NCBI GenBank assembly: GCA_030390025.1
Contig: JASTWF010000358.1
Coordinates: 186,001-250,000 of the forward strand
Direction: 5' to 3'
Length of the DNA stretch: 64,000 bases
Source of the DNA: Squalus acanthias
Taxonomy: Eukaryota
Every line of letters begins with the position of its first letter. Positions within the stretch are counted from its first letter, which is position 1. Below the pieces are notes generated by a model. It did not search any database. It saw only the letters and a program-made list of their open reading frames with translations, and was not told where the DNA came from. Both the position numbers and the translations under genes were made by a program. Positions 34,183-46,000 of this stretch are shown one piece after another.

Positions 34183-34362
34183 CTAAGTCCAGTGTCTAGA
34201 ACCGTAAGGGCGAGTGATTCGAACCACTCACAGGTGTGTCTAGTGTTCCCAGACTGGCTGGAGACCAGAACAGGCAACAAGGCCTAAATCCGCACTGACA
34301 TACAGGCTGCACAGAGCCACGCGAATCTCACAGGCGGAGAGACACGCACGCAAACCCTTACA
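34181..34362 (+). repeat. Family A 3' LTR remnant (182 bp)
   Basis: Matches 14691-14872 and 9539-9720. Confidence 0.93.
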
Positions 34363-37300
34363 AGACCCAGAGAGAGAGAGAGAGAGAGTCCCAGAAAGAG
34401 GCAGAGTCCCAGAGATACAGAGTCCCAGAGAGAGGCAGAGGCCAAGAGAGTCAGAGACCCAGAGAGAAAGAGAGAGTCCCAGAAAGAAGCAGTGTCCCAG
34501 AGAGACAGATTCCCAGAGAGAAGCAGAGTCCCAGAGAGAGGCAGAGTCCCAGAGAGAAAGTGTCCAAGAGAAAAGCAGAATCCCAAAGAGAGGCAGAGTC
34601 CCAGAGAGACAGTGTCCCAGAGAGTAGCAGAGTCCCAGAGAGACAGAGTCCCAGAGAGAGGCAGTGTCCCAGAGATCCAGAGTCCCTGAGATAGAGAGAT
34701 AGTCCCAGATAGACAGAGTGCCAGAGGGAGAGAGAGTCCCAGAGAGACAGAGTCCCGTAGAGAGGCAGAGTCCCAGGGAGACATTGTCCCAGAGAGACAG
34801 ATTCCCAGAGAGAAGCAGAGTCCCAGAGAGAGGCAGAGTCCCAGAGAGAAAGTGTCCAAGAGAAAAGCAGAATCCCAAAGAGAGGCAGAGTCCCAGAGAG
34901 ACAGTGTCCCAGAGAGTAGCAGAGTCCCAGAGAGACAGAGTCCCAGAGAGAGGCAGTGTCCCAGAGATGCAGAGTCCCTGAGATAGAGAGATAGTCCCAG
35001 AGAGACAGAATCCCAGAGAGAGGCAGTGTCCCAGAGAGAGGCAGAGTCCCAGAAAAAGGCAGAGTCCCAGAGAGAATGGGACCCAGATAGTTCCAGAGTC
35101 CCATAGATACAGAGTCCCAGAGACAGGCAGAGTCCGAGAGAGACAAATACGCAGAGAGAGACAGCGTCCCAGAGAGACAGAGTGCCAGAGAGAGGAATAG
35201 TCCAATAGAGGCAGAGTCCCAAAAAGAGGCTGTGTCCCAGAGAGAGGCAGAGTCCCATGAGACGCATGGTCCCAGAGGGGCAGAGTCCCAGAAAGTGGCA
35301 GAGTTCCAGAAAGACAGAATCCCAGAGAGAGGCAGAGTCTCACAGAGACAGATTCCCAGAGAGACAGAGTCCCAGAGAGAGACAGAGTCTCAGAGAGACA
35401 GAGTCCCAGAGATAGAGAGTCCCAGATAGACAGAGTGCCAGACAGAGAGAGAGTCCCAGAGAGACAGAGTCTCATAGAGAGTCATAGTCCCAGAAAGAGG
35501 CTGAGTCCCAGAGAGAGGCAGAGTCCCAGAGGGGCAGAGTCCCTGAGAGAGGCAGGGTCCCAGTGAGACAGAGTCACAGAGAGAGGCAGAGTCCCAGAGA
35601 GACAGTGTCCCACGGAGAGGCAGTGGTCGAGAGTCCCAGGGAGACAGATTCCCAGAGAGTGGCAGCGTCCCAGAAAGACAGAATCCCAGAGAGAGGCAGA
35701 GTCCCAGTGAGACAGAGTCCCAGAGAGAGAGATTCCCAGAAAGAGGCAGAGTCCCACAGATACAGAGTCCCAGAGAGAGGCAGAGTCCCCGAGAGACAGA
35801 GTCCCAGAAGGAGGCAAAGTCCCAGAGAGACAGTGTCCCAGGGAGAGGCCGAGGCCAAGAGAGACAGATTCCCAGATAGAGGCAGCGTCCCAGAGAGACA
35901 GAGTCACAGAGAGAGGCAGAGTCCCAGAGAGCAGCAGAGTCCCAGAGAGAAAGAGTCCCAGATAGAGGCAGAGTCCCAGAGAGACAGAGTCTCAGAGAGG
36001 AGCAGTCTCCCAGAGACAGTGTTCCATAAAGAGGCAGAGTCCCAGAGAGATAAAGTCCCAGAGAGAGGCAGAGTCCCAGAGATACAGAGTCCCAGAGAGA
36101 GAGATAGTCCCAGAGAGACAGAGTCCCATAGAGAGGCAGAGTCCCAGAGATACAGAGTCCCAGAGAGAGGCAGAGTCTCAGAGAGACAGATTCCCAGAGA
36201 GACAGAGTCCCAGAGAGAGGCAGAGTCCCCGAGAGACAGAGTCCCAGAAGGAGGCAAAGTCCCAGAGAGACAGTGTCCCAGGGAGAGGCCGAGGCCAAGA
36301 GAGACAGATTCCCAGATAGAGGCAGCGTCCCAGAGAGACAGAGTCCCAGAAAGAGGCAGAGTCCCAGAGAGACAGAGTCTCAGAGAGGAGCAGTCTCCCA
36401 GAGACAGTGTTCCATAAAGAGGCAGAGTCCCAGAGAGATAAAGTCCCAGAGAGAGGCAGAGTCCCAGAGATACAGAGTCCCAGAGAGAGAGATAGTCCCA
36501 GAGAGACAGGGTCCCATAGAGAGGCAGAGTCCCAGAGATACAGAGTCCCAGAGCGAGACAGATTCCCAGAGAGACAGAGTCCCAGAGAGACAGAGTCCCA
36601 GAAAGAGGCTTAGTCCCAGAGAGACAGAGTCCATGAGAGAGGCAGAGTCCCAGAGATACAGATTCCCAGAGAGAGGCAGATTCTCAGACAGACAGATTCC
36701 CAGAGTGACAGAGTCCAGAGAGAGGCAGAGTCCCAGAGAGACAGAGTCCCAGAAAAAGGCAGAGTCCCAGAGAGACAGTGTCCCAGAGAGAGGCAGAGTC
36801 CCAGAGAGACAGAGTCCCAGAGAGAGACAGAGTCTCAGAGAGACAGAGTCCCAGAGATAGAGAGTCCCAGATAGACAGAGTGCCAGACAGAGAGAGAGTC
36901 CCAGAGAGACAGAGTCTCATAGAGAGGCATAGTCCCAGAGAGAGGCTGAGTCCGAGAGAGAGGCAGAGTCCCAGAGGGGCAGAGTCCCTGAGAGAGGCAG
37001 GGTCCCAGTGAGACAGAGTCACAGAGAGAGGCAGAGTCCCAGAGAGACAGTGTCCCACGGAGAGGCAGAGGTCGAGAGTCCCAGGGAGACAGATTCCCAG
37101 AGAGTGGCAGCGTCCCAGAAAGACAGAATCCCAGAGAGAGGCAGAGTCCCAGTGAGACAGAGTCCCAGAGAGAACGTGTCCATGAGAAAAGCAGAATCCC
37201 AAAGAGAGGCAGAGTCCCAGAGAGACAGTGTCCCAGAGAGTAGCAGAGTCCCAGAGAGACAGAGTCCCAGAGAGAGGCAGTGTCCCAGAGATCCAGAGTC

Positions 37301-40300
37301 CCTGAGATAGAGAGACAGTCCCAGATAGACAGAGTGCCAGAGGGAGAGAGAGTCCCAGAGAGACAGAGTCCCGTAGAGAGGCAGAGTCCCAGGGAGACAT
37401 TGTCCCAGAGAGACAGAGACCCAGAGAGAGGCAGACTCCCAGAGAGACAGAAACCCAGAGAGAGGCAGTGTCCCAGAGAGAGGCAGAGTCCCAGAAAAAG
37501 GCAGAGTCCCAGAGAGAATGGGACCCAGATAGTTCCAGAGTCCCATAGATACAGAGTCCCAGAGACAGGCAGAGTCCGAGAGAGACAAATACGCAGAGAG
37601 AGACAGCGTCCCAGAGAGACAGAGTGCCAGAGAGAGGAATAGTCCAATAGAGGCAGAGTCCCAAAAAGAGGCTGTGTCCCAGAGAGAGGCAGAGTCCCAT
37701 GAGACGCATGGTCCCAGAGGGGCAGAGTCCCAGAAAGTGGCAGAGTTCCAGAAAGACAGAATCCCAGAGAGAGGCAGAGTCTCACAGAGACAGATTCCCA
37801 GAGAGACAGAGTCCCAGAGAGAGACAGAGTCTCAGAGAGACAGATCCCAGAGATAGAGAGTCCCAGATAGACAGAGTGCCAGACAGAGAGAGAGTCCCAG
37901 AGAGACAGAGTCTCATAGAGAGGCATAGTCCCAGAGAGAGGCTTAGTCCCAGAGAGAGGCAATGTCCCAGAGGGGCAGAGTCCCTGAGAGAGGCAGGGTC
38001 CCAGAGAGACAGACTCACAGAGAGAGGCAGAGTCCCTCATAGACAGAGTCCCAGAGAGAAGCAGAGTCCCAGAGAGACGGAGTCCCAGGCAGAGGCAGAT
38101 TCACAGAGAGACAGTGTCCCACGGAGTGGCAGAGGTCGAGAGAGAGTGTCTCAGAGACAGGCAGTGTCCCAGAGAGACAGTGTCCCAGAGAGTAGCAGAG
38201 TCCCAGAGAGACAGAGTCCCAGAGAGAGGCAGTGTCCCAGAGATCCAGAGTCCCTGAGGTAGAGAGATAGTCCCAGACAGACAGAGTGCCAGAGGAGAGA
38301 GAGTCCCAGAGAGACAGAGTCCCGTAGAGACGCAGAGTCCCAGGGAGACAGAGTCCCAGAGAGACAGAGACCTAGAGAGAGGCAGACTCCCAGAGAGACA
38401 GAATCCCAGAGAGAGGCAGTGTCCCAGAGAGAGGCAGAGTCCCAGAAAGAGGCCGAGTACCAGAGAGAAAGGGTCCCAGATAGTGCCAGAGTCCCATAGA
38501 GACAGAGTCCCAGAGACAGGCAGAGTCCGAGAGAGACAAATTCGCAGAGAGAGACAGCGTCCCAGAGAGATAGAGTGCCAGAGAGAGGAAGAGTCCCATA
38601 GAGGCAGAGTCCCAAAAAGAGGCAGAGTCCCAGAGAGAGGCAGAGTCCCATCAGAGGCAGTGTCCCAGAGGGGCAGAGTCCCAGTGAGACAGAGTCCCAG
38701 ATATACAGAGTCCCAGAGAGAGACAGAGTCTCAGAGAGACAGAGTCCCTGAGAGAGAGAGAGAGAGTCCCAGATAGACAGAGTGCCAGACAGAGAGAGAG
38801 TCCCAGAGAGACAGAGTCTCATAGAGAGGCATAGTCCCAGAGAGAGGCTTAGTCCCAGAGAGAGGCAATGTCCCAGAGGGGCAGAGTCCCTGAGAGAGGC
38901 AGGGTCCCAGAGAGACAGACTCACAGAGAGAGGCAGAGTCCCTCATAGACAGAGTCCCAGAGAGAAGCAGAGTCCCAGAGAGACGGAGTCCCAGGCAGAG
39001 GCAGATTCACAGAGAGACAGTGTCCCACGGAGTGGCAGAGGTCGAGAGAGAGTGTCTCAGAGACAGGCAGTGTCCCAGAGAGACAGTGTCCCAGAGAGTA
39101 GCAGAGTCCCAGAGAGACAGAGTCCCAGAGAGAGGCAGTGTCCCAGAGATCCAGAGTCCCTGAGGTAGAGAGATAGTCCCAGACAGACAGAGTGCCAGAG
39201 GAGAGAGAGTCCCAGAGAGACAGAGTCCCGTAGAGAGGCAGAGTCCCAGGGAGACAGAGTCCCAGAGAGACAGAGACCCAGAGAGAGGCAGAGTCCCAGA
39301 AAGAGGCAGAGGCCCAGAGAGAAAGGGTCCCAGATAGTGCCAGAGTCCCATAGAGACAGAGTCCCAGAGACAGGCAGAGTCCGAGAGAGACAAATTCGCA
39401 GATAGAGACAGCGTCCCAGAGACACAGAGTGCCAGAGACAGGAAGAGTACCATAGAGGCAGGGTCCCAAAAAGAGGCAGAGTCCCAGAGAGAGGCAGAGT
39501 CCCATCAGAGGCAGTGTCCCAGAGGGGCAGAGTCCCAGTGAGACAGAGTCCCAGATATACAGAGTCCCAGAGAGAGACAGAGTCTCAGAGAGACAGAGTC
39601 CCTGAGAGAGACAGAGAGTCCCAGATAGACAGAGTGCCAGACAGAGAGAGAGTCCGAGAGAGACAGAGTCTCATAGAGAGGCATAGTCCCAGAGAGACAA
39701 AGTCCAAGAGAGAGGCAGACTCCCAGAGAGTCAGAATCCCAGGGAGACAGAGTCCCAGAGAGAGGCATAGTCCCATAGAGACAGAGTCCCAGAGAAATGC
39801 AGAGTCCGAGAGAGTCAGAGTCCCAGAGAGAAGCAGAGTCTCAGAGAGACAGAGTGCCAGAGAGAGAGTCTCAGATAGACAGCGTGCCAGACAGCGAGAG
39901 AGTCCCAGAGAGTCGGAGTCTCATAGAGAGGCATAGTCCCAGAAAGAGGCTGAGTCCCAGAGATAGGCAGTGTCCCAGTGGGGCAGAGTCCCTGAGAGAG
40001 GCAGGGTCCCAGAAAGACAGAATCCCAGAGAGAGGCAGAGACCCAGAGAGACAGAGACCCAGAGAGAGAGAGAGAGAGAGTCCCAGAAAGAGGCAGAGTC
40101 CCAGAGATACAGAGTCCCAGAGAGAGGCAGAGGCCAAGAGAGTCAGAGACCCAGAGAGAAAGAGAGAGTCCCAGAAAGAAGCAGTGTCCCAGAGAGACAG
40201 ATTCCCAGAGAGAAGCAGAGTCCCAAAGAGAGGCAGAGTCCCAGAGAGACAGTGTCCCAGAGTAGCAGAGTCCCAGAGAGACAGAGTCCCAGAGAGAGGC

Positions 40301-43081
40301 AGTGTCCCAGAGATCCAGAGTCCCTGAGATAGAGAGATAGTCCCAGATAGACAGAGTGCCAGAGGGAGAGAGAGTCCCAGAGAGACAGAGTCCCGTAGAG
40401 AGGCAGAGTCCCAGGGAGACAGTGTCCCAGAGAGACAGAGACCCAGAGAGAGGCAGACTCCCAGAGAGACAGAATCCCAGAGAGAGGCAGTGTCCCAGAG
40501 AGAGGCAGAGTCCCAGAAAAAGGCAGAGTCCCAGAGGGGCAGAGTCCCAGTGAGACAGAGTCCCAGATATACAGAGTCCCAGAGAGAGACAGAGTCTCAG
40601 AGAGACAGAGTCCCTGAGAGAGAGAGAGAGTCCCAGATAGACAGAGTTCCAGACAGAGAGAGAGTCCCAGAGAGACAGAGTCTCATAGAGAGGCATAGTC
40701 CCAGAGAGAGGCTTAGTCCCAGAGAGAGGTAATGTCCCAGAGGGGCAGAGTCCCTGAGAGAGGCAAGGTCCCAGAGAGACAGACTCACAGAGAGAGGCAG
40801 AGTCCCTCATAGACAGAGTCCCTGAGAGAAGCAGAGTCCCAGAGAGACGGAGTCCCAGGCAGAGGCAGATTCACAGAGAGACAGTGTCCCACGGAGTGGC
40901 AGAAGTCGAGAGAGAGTGTCTCAGAGACAGGCAGTGTCCCAGAGAGACAGCTTCCAGAGAGTATCAGCGTCCCAGAAAGACAGAATCCCAGAGAGAGGCA
41001 GAGTCCCAGTGAGACAGAGTCCCAGACAGAGAGATTCCCAGAAAGAGGCAGAGTCCCAGAGATACAGCGTCCCAGAGAGATGCAGAGTCTCAGAGAGACA
41101 GATTCCCAGAGAGGCAGAGTCCCAGAGAGAGGCAGAGACCCCGAGAGACAGAGACCCAGAAAGAGGCAATGTCCCTGAGAGACAGGGTCCCAGAAAGAGG
41201 CAGAGTCCAAGAGAGAAAGAGTCGCAGAGAGAGGAAGAGTCCCAGAGAGACAAAGTCCAAGAGAGAGGCAGACTCCCAGAGAGACAGAATCCCAGAGAGA
41301 CAGAGTCCCAGTGAGAGGCATAGTCCCATAGAGACAGAGTCCCAGAGAAATGCAGAGTCCGAGAGATTCAGAGTCCCAGAGAGAAGCAGAGTCTCAGAGA
41401 GACAGAGTCCCAGAGAGAGAGTCTGAGATAGACAGCGTGCCAGACAGCGAGAGAGTCCCAGAGAGTCAGAGTCCCTGAGAGAGGCAGGGTCCCAGAAAGA
41501 CAGAATCCCAGAGAGAGGCAGAGACCCAGAGAGACAGAGACCCAGAGAGAGAGAGAGAGAGAGTCCCAGAAAGAGGCAGAGTCCCAGAGATACAGAGTCC
41601 CAGAGAGAGGCAGAGGCCAAGAGAGTCAGAGACCCAGAGAGAAAGAGAGATTCCCAGAAAGAAGCAGTGTCCCAGAGAGACAGATTCCCAGAGAGAAGCA
41701 GAGTCCCAGAGAGAGGCAGAGTCCCAGAGAGAAAGTGTCCAAGAGAAAAGCAAAATCCCAAAGAGAGGCAGAGTCCCAGAGAGACAGTGTCCCAGAGAGT
41801 AGCAGAGTCCCAGAGAGACAGAGTCCCAGAGAGAGGCAGTGTCCCAGAGATCCAGAGTCCCTGAGATAGAGAGATAGTCCCAGATAGACAGAGTGCCAGA
41901 GGGAGAGAGAGTCCCAGAGAGACAGAGTCCCGTAGAGAGGCAGAGTCCCAGGGAGACAGTGTCCCAGAGAGACAGAGACCCAGAGAGAGGCAGACTCCCA
42001 GAGAGACAGAATCCCAGAGAGAGGCAGTGTTCCAGAGAGAGGCAGAGTCCCAGAAAAAAGCAGAGTCCCAGAGGGCCAGAGACCCAGTGGGACAGAGTCC
42101 CAAATATACAGAGTCCCAGAGAGAGACAGAGTCTCAGAGAGACAGAGTCCCTGAGAGAGAGAGAGAGTCCCAGATAGACAGAGTGCCAGACAGAGAGAGA
42201 GTCCCAGAGAGAAGCAGAGTCCCAGAGAGACGGAGTCCCAGGCAGAGGCAGATTCACAGAGAGACAGTGTCCCACGGAGTGGCAGAGGTCGAGAGAGAGT
42301 GTCTCAGAGACAGGCAGTGTCCCAGAGAGACAGTGTCCCAGAGAGTAGCAGAGTCCCAGAGAGACAGAGTCCCAGAGAGAGGCAGTGTCCCAGAGATCCA
42401 GAGTCCCTGAGATAGAGAGATAGTCCCAGACAGACAGAGTGCCAGAGGATAATGAGTCCCAGAGAGACAGAGTCCCGTAGAGAGGCAGAGTCCCAGGGAG
42501 ACAGAATCCCAGAGAGAGGCAGTGTCCCAGAGAGAGGCAGAGTCCCAGAATGAGGCCGAGGCCCAGAGAGAAAGGCTCCCAGATAGTGCCAGAGTCCCAT
42601 AGAGACAGAGTCCCAGAGACAGGCAGAGTCCGAGAGAGACAAATTCACAGAGAGAGACAGCGTCCCAGAGAGACAGAGTGCCAGAGAGAGGAAGAGTCCC
42701 ATAGAGGCAGAGTCCCAAAAAGAGGCTGTGTCCCAGAGAGAGGCAGAGTCCCATGAGAGACAGCGTCCCAGAGAGACAGAGTGCCAGAGAGAGGAAGAGT
42801 CCCATAGAGGCAGAGTCCCAAAAAGAGGCTGTGTCCCAGAGAGAGGCAGAGTCCCATGAGAGGCAGTGTCCCAGAGGGGCAGAGTCCCAGTGAGACAGAG
42901 TCCCAGATATACAGAGTCCCAGAGAGAGACAGAGTCTCAGAGAGACAGAGTCCCTGAGAGAAAGAGAGAGTCCCAGATAGACAGAGTGCCAGACAGAGAG
43001 AGAGTCCCAGAGAGACAGAGTCTCATAGAGAGGCATAGTCCCAGAGAGAGGCTTAGTCCCAGAGAGAGGCAATGTCCCAGA
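34363..43081. repeat. Diverged 16/18-bp satellite with block (higher-order-like) duplications
   Basis: The first ~2.3 kb duplicates 9721-~12070. A 906-bp offset duplication lies around 37800-39200. Confidence 0.97.
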
Positions 43082-46000
43082 GGTTCGCATGAGCCTCCCA
43101 GTCATCACCTCGTGCGGGGAGTACCCTGTACTTTTTGACTGACTGGCCCGGACCCCCATGAGGACTAAAGGCAGAACTTCCGCCCATTTTTGGGGCGAGT
43201 TCCGAGTCTCTTTCCTCAATTTCTCCTTCAGGGTCCGGTTCATGCGTTCAACAATCCCGGATGACTGGGGATTGTGTGCTACGTGCCACTTCCCTTCAAT
43301 GCACAAAAGCATGAGGGTGTTCTGCATCACCTGGCCGGTGAAATGGCTCCCTTGGTCTGACTCCACAAAACGGGGAAGTCCCCACCGCGAGAACACTTCC
43401 CGGACCAAGATTTTTGCAGTACCCAGTGCCGTAGCTGTTCGACAGGGGAAGGGTTCCACCCATTTGGAAAACACATCCACCAAGACGAGGCAGTATTTAT
43501 AGCCTCCCTGGGTGGTAGGCAGGGGCCCTATATAGTCGATCTGTATCGACTGCCATGGTCCCTCTACCCTTCTTACGTGTCCCATGGGCACTTTCCTTTT
43601 CTGGGGGTCTGGGTTGTTTGCAGCGCACACAAGACAGTTTGCACAGAACTCGCGGACTTGTTCCCTGAGCCCTGGCCACCATCCCGCTTGCTCTACCCGT
43701 TGCCAGGTAGCCTCGGGCCCGGGGTGCCCTGCCCCTGGTCCCTCGTGAGCCAACTGGAGGAATTCCCTCCTGTGCTGCTGCGGCACAACCCACTGCTCCT
43801 CGCGGAACAGCATGCCTTCCTTAACTGAGAGGGTTGCCGTACTGTACGGACCCTCTACCTGCTTCCCCTCAGCAATGGTTTTTAGGACTGCTTTTAGGGC
43901 AGGATCCTGGGTTTGGACGGTCTTAAGGTCTAGGGGCAATGCTACCCTGGAGTTCCCGGGATTCCCGTCACTGCCTTGGATCGCTGCCATGGGTCTGGTC
44001 CCATAGGGGTCCCAGAAAATGCCGTTGCGGGCACCTTCCCTGGCTAGCGCATCCGCCTGCTGGTTGCCCTCCCCACGGGGCTCTGTGGAGGAGTGAGCTT
44101 TCACCTTATGGATGAAAATCTCCCCTTCCTCCCCAACTGCTGCTAGGATCTTTTCCAGCAAGGGCTTCACCGTTAAAGGTCGCCCGTCCGCGGAGGTGTA
44201 TCCACGGCGGGACCAAATGGCCAGGTATTCCGTACACGAATTGCATGTGAACATACTGTCCGAGCAAATCGTGTATGGGGTTGGGAAAAGGTCTGGGTGG
44301 GTAACAACGTACACCACGGCAGACAGCTCAGCCTGCTGCGCGCTCATGGTGCTAGGGAGCTTGATCGCCAGGGCAAGGTTTGCCGCAAGGTCATAAACTC
44401 CACACCCTGTGAGTCGTTCGCCAGCAGATACTGTGCTAGAACCATCAACATAAATCTCGCGCCCAGTGGGATGTATCCCGGCCCGCAAACCTATGTTGAC
44501 GTCCCACACCCCTTCCACCGAACACCGGTGGGCTGTACCGGGGTATACCAAATTGGCCGCAAGCCTGGGCTCGCAAAGACCTTTTACTCTAAGATCCATC
44601 TGGGAAAGAAGAAGGGTCCAGCGCGCAATACGCACGCCGCTTACAGTCCCATCTTTAATCCTCCCATCTAGAAGCATCTTAGTTGGTGTGTGATGGGTGA
44701 GGAGAGTGATGGGAGAGAGACCTGTGAAAATCGCTGATCTTTTCACAGCCCAATGCGTGGCTAAAAGGTGCCTTTCGCAATTGGAGAAACTTCTCTCCAC
44801 ATCCGTTAACACTCTGGACGAATAGACAACCGGCCTCAGCTTGCCGTGACGCTCTTGGAGCAGCACAGCGCTCAAGCTGTCCCCGCTGGCAGCTACCTCC
44901 AGGAAAATCTCCTTCCCCCCATCTATGGCCCCTAAGGCTGGCGCGGTCTGCAGATCCCTTTTTAACTTCTCGAAGGCTGCTTGGCAGCCCTCGTCCCAAG
45001 ACCACTCTACTCCCTTATGGAGGAGTCGGAGGAGCGGCGCCGCTGTGGCCGCATAGTCTTCGATAAAATCCCTGCAGTAACCGGTCAGTCCCAAGAAGGA
45101 CCTCACACCCCTTATGTTGTTAGGAATTGGTAACTCTTGCACCGACTCCCTCCTAGCTTTGTCTATGGCTCTTTCCCCAGCGCGAATGGTCAGTCCCAGG
45201 AATTTTACTTCCTGCTGACCGATACGTGCTTTCTTTGGATTTATTTTAAAACCCTTTCTCGCTAGCAGCTCCAATAACTTGTCCAGCAGTGGTCCATGCT
45301 CCTCCCTTGAATCCGTAAATAGGAGCAAATCATCCACGTACTGCACTATCTGATTGGGCTGACTAAACTCCTTTAAACTTCCTGCCATACACTGATGGAA
45401 AATACTGGGGCTATTGTTGAAACCCTGTGGCAGACAGTTCCATGTGTACTGTTGTCCTTTGAAAGTAAAGGCAAACTTGTACTGGTCCTCTCGCCGCAGC
45501 GGGATGGACCAAAAACCGTTCGAGATATCTAGCACCGTGAACGTGGTCGCGGACGCTGGGATACTCCCTATTAGGTCAGCAACTGCTGCTACCGTGGGCG
45601 CGCAGGCGGGAATGTTACTTTTAAGGACTCTGTAGTCCACCGTGGCCCTCCACGAATTATCCGGCTTCCTAACCGGCCATAATGGGGAGTTCACGTGTGT
45701 GGCTATCGGCCTCAACACGCCCTGCTGCACCAAGGAGGACATTGCTGTCTCCATATCGGGTTCTGCTTCTTTGGGGAAGTTATACTGCTTTTGGGGCCGG
45801 GTCATGGGGTCCCCATCTACGCTGACCTCAAACCCGGTAACCCTCCCACAATTGTGCTTGTGGGTTGCAAACGCGTGCATATTATCTGACACGTACGTTT
45901 GCATGTCCGTTGGGACATCTGCGACCATAAGCCCGAGGTCGTAGCCTCCGGATGGCTGCATGGTACACAGGACCCCTGTTTCTTCCTCCCCCGGAATCAC

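Larger units (their letters stand above)
13189..34362 (+). mobile_element. Family A provirus copy A2, defective, inserted in satellite and carrying nested A3
   Basis: 5' LTR-PBS-gag-pol-env stub-LTR remnant. TSD AGAC at 13185-13188 and 34363-34366. The empty site is present at ~40055 and ~41538. Confidence 0.95.

Noticed and set aside
34240..43138. Dozens of overlapping repetitive ORFs
   Set aside because: Same satellite artefact as above.
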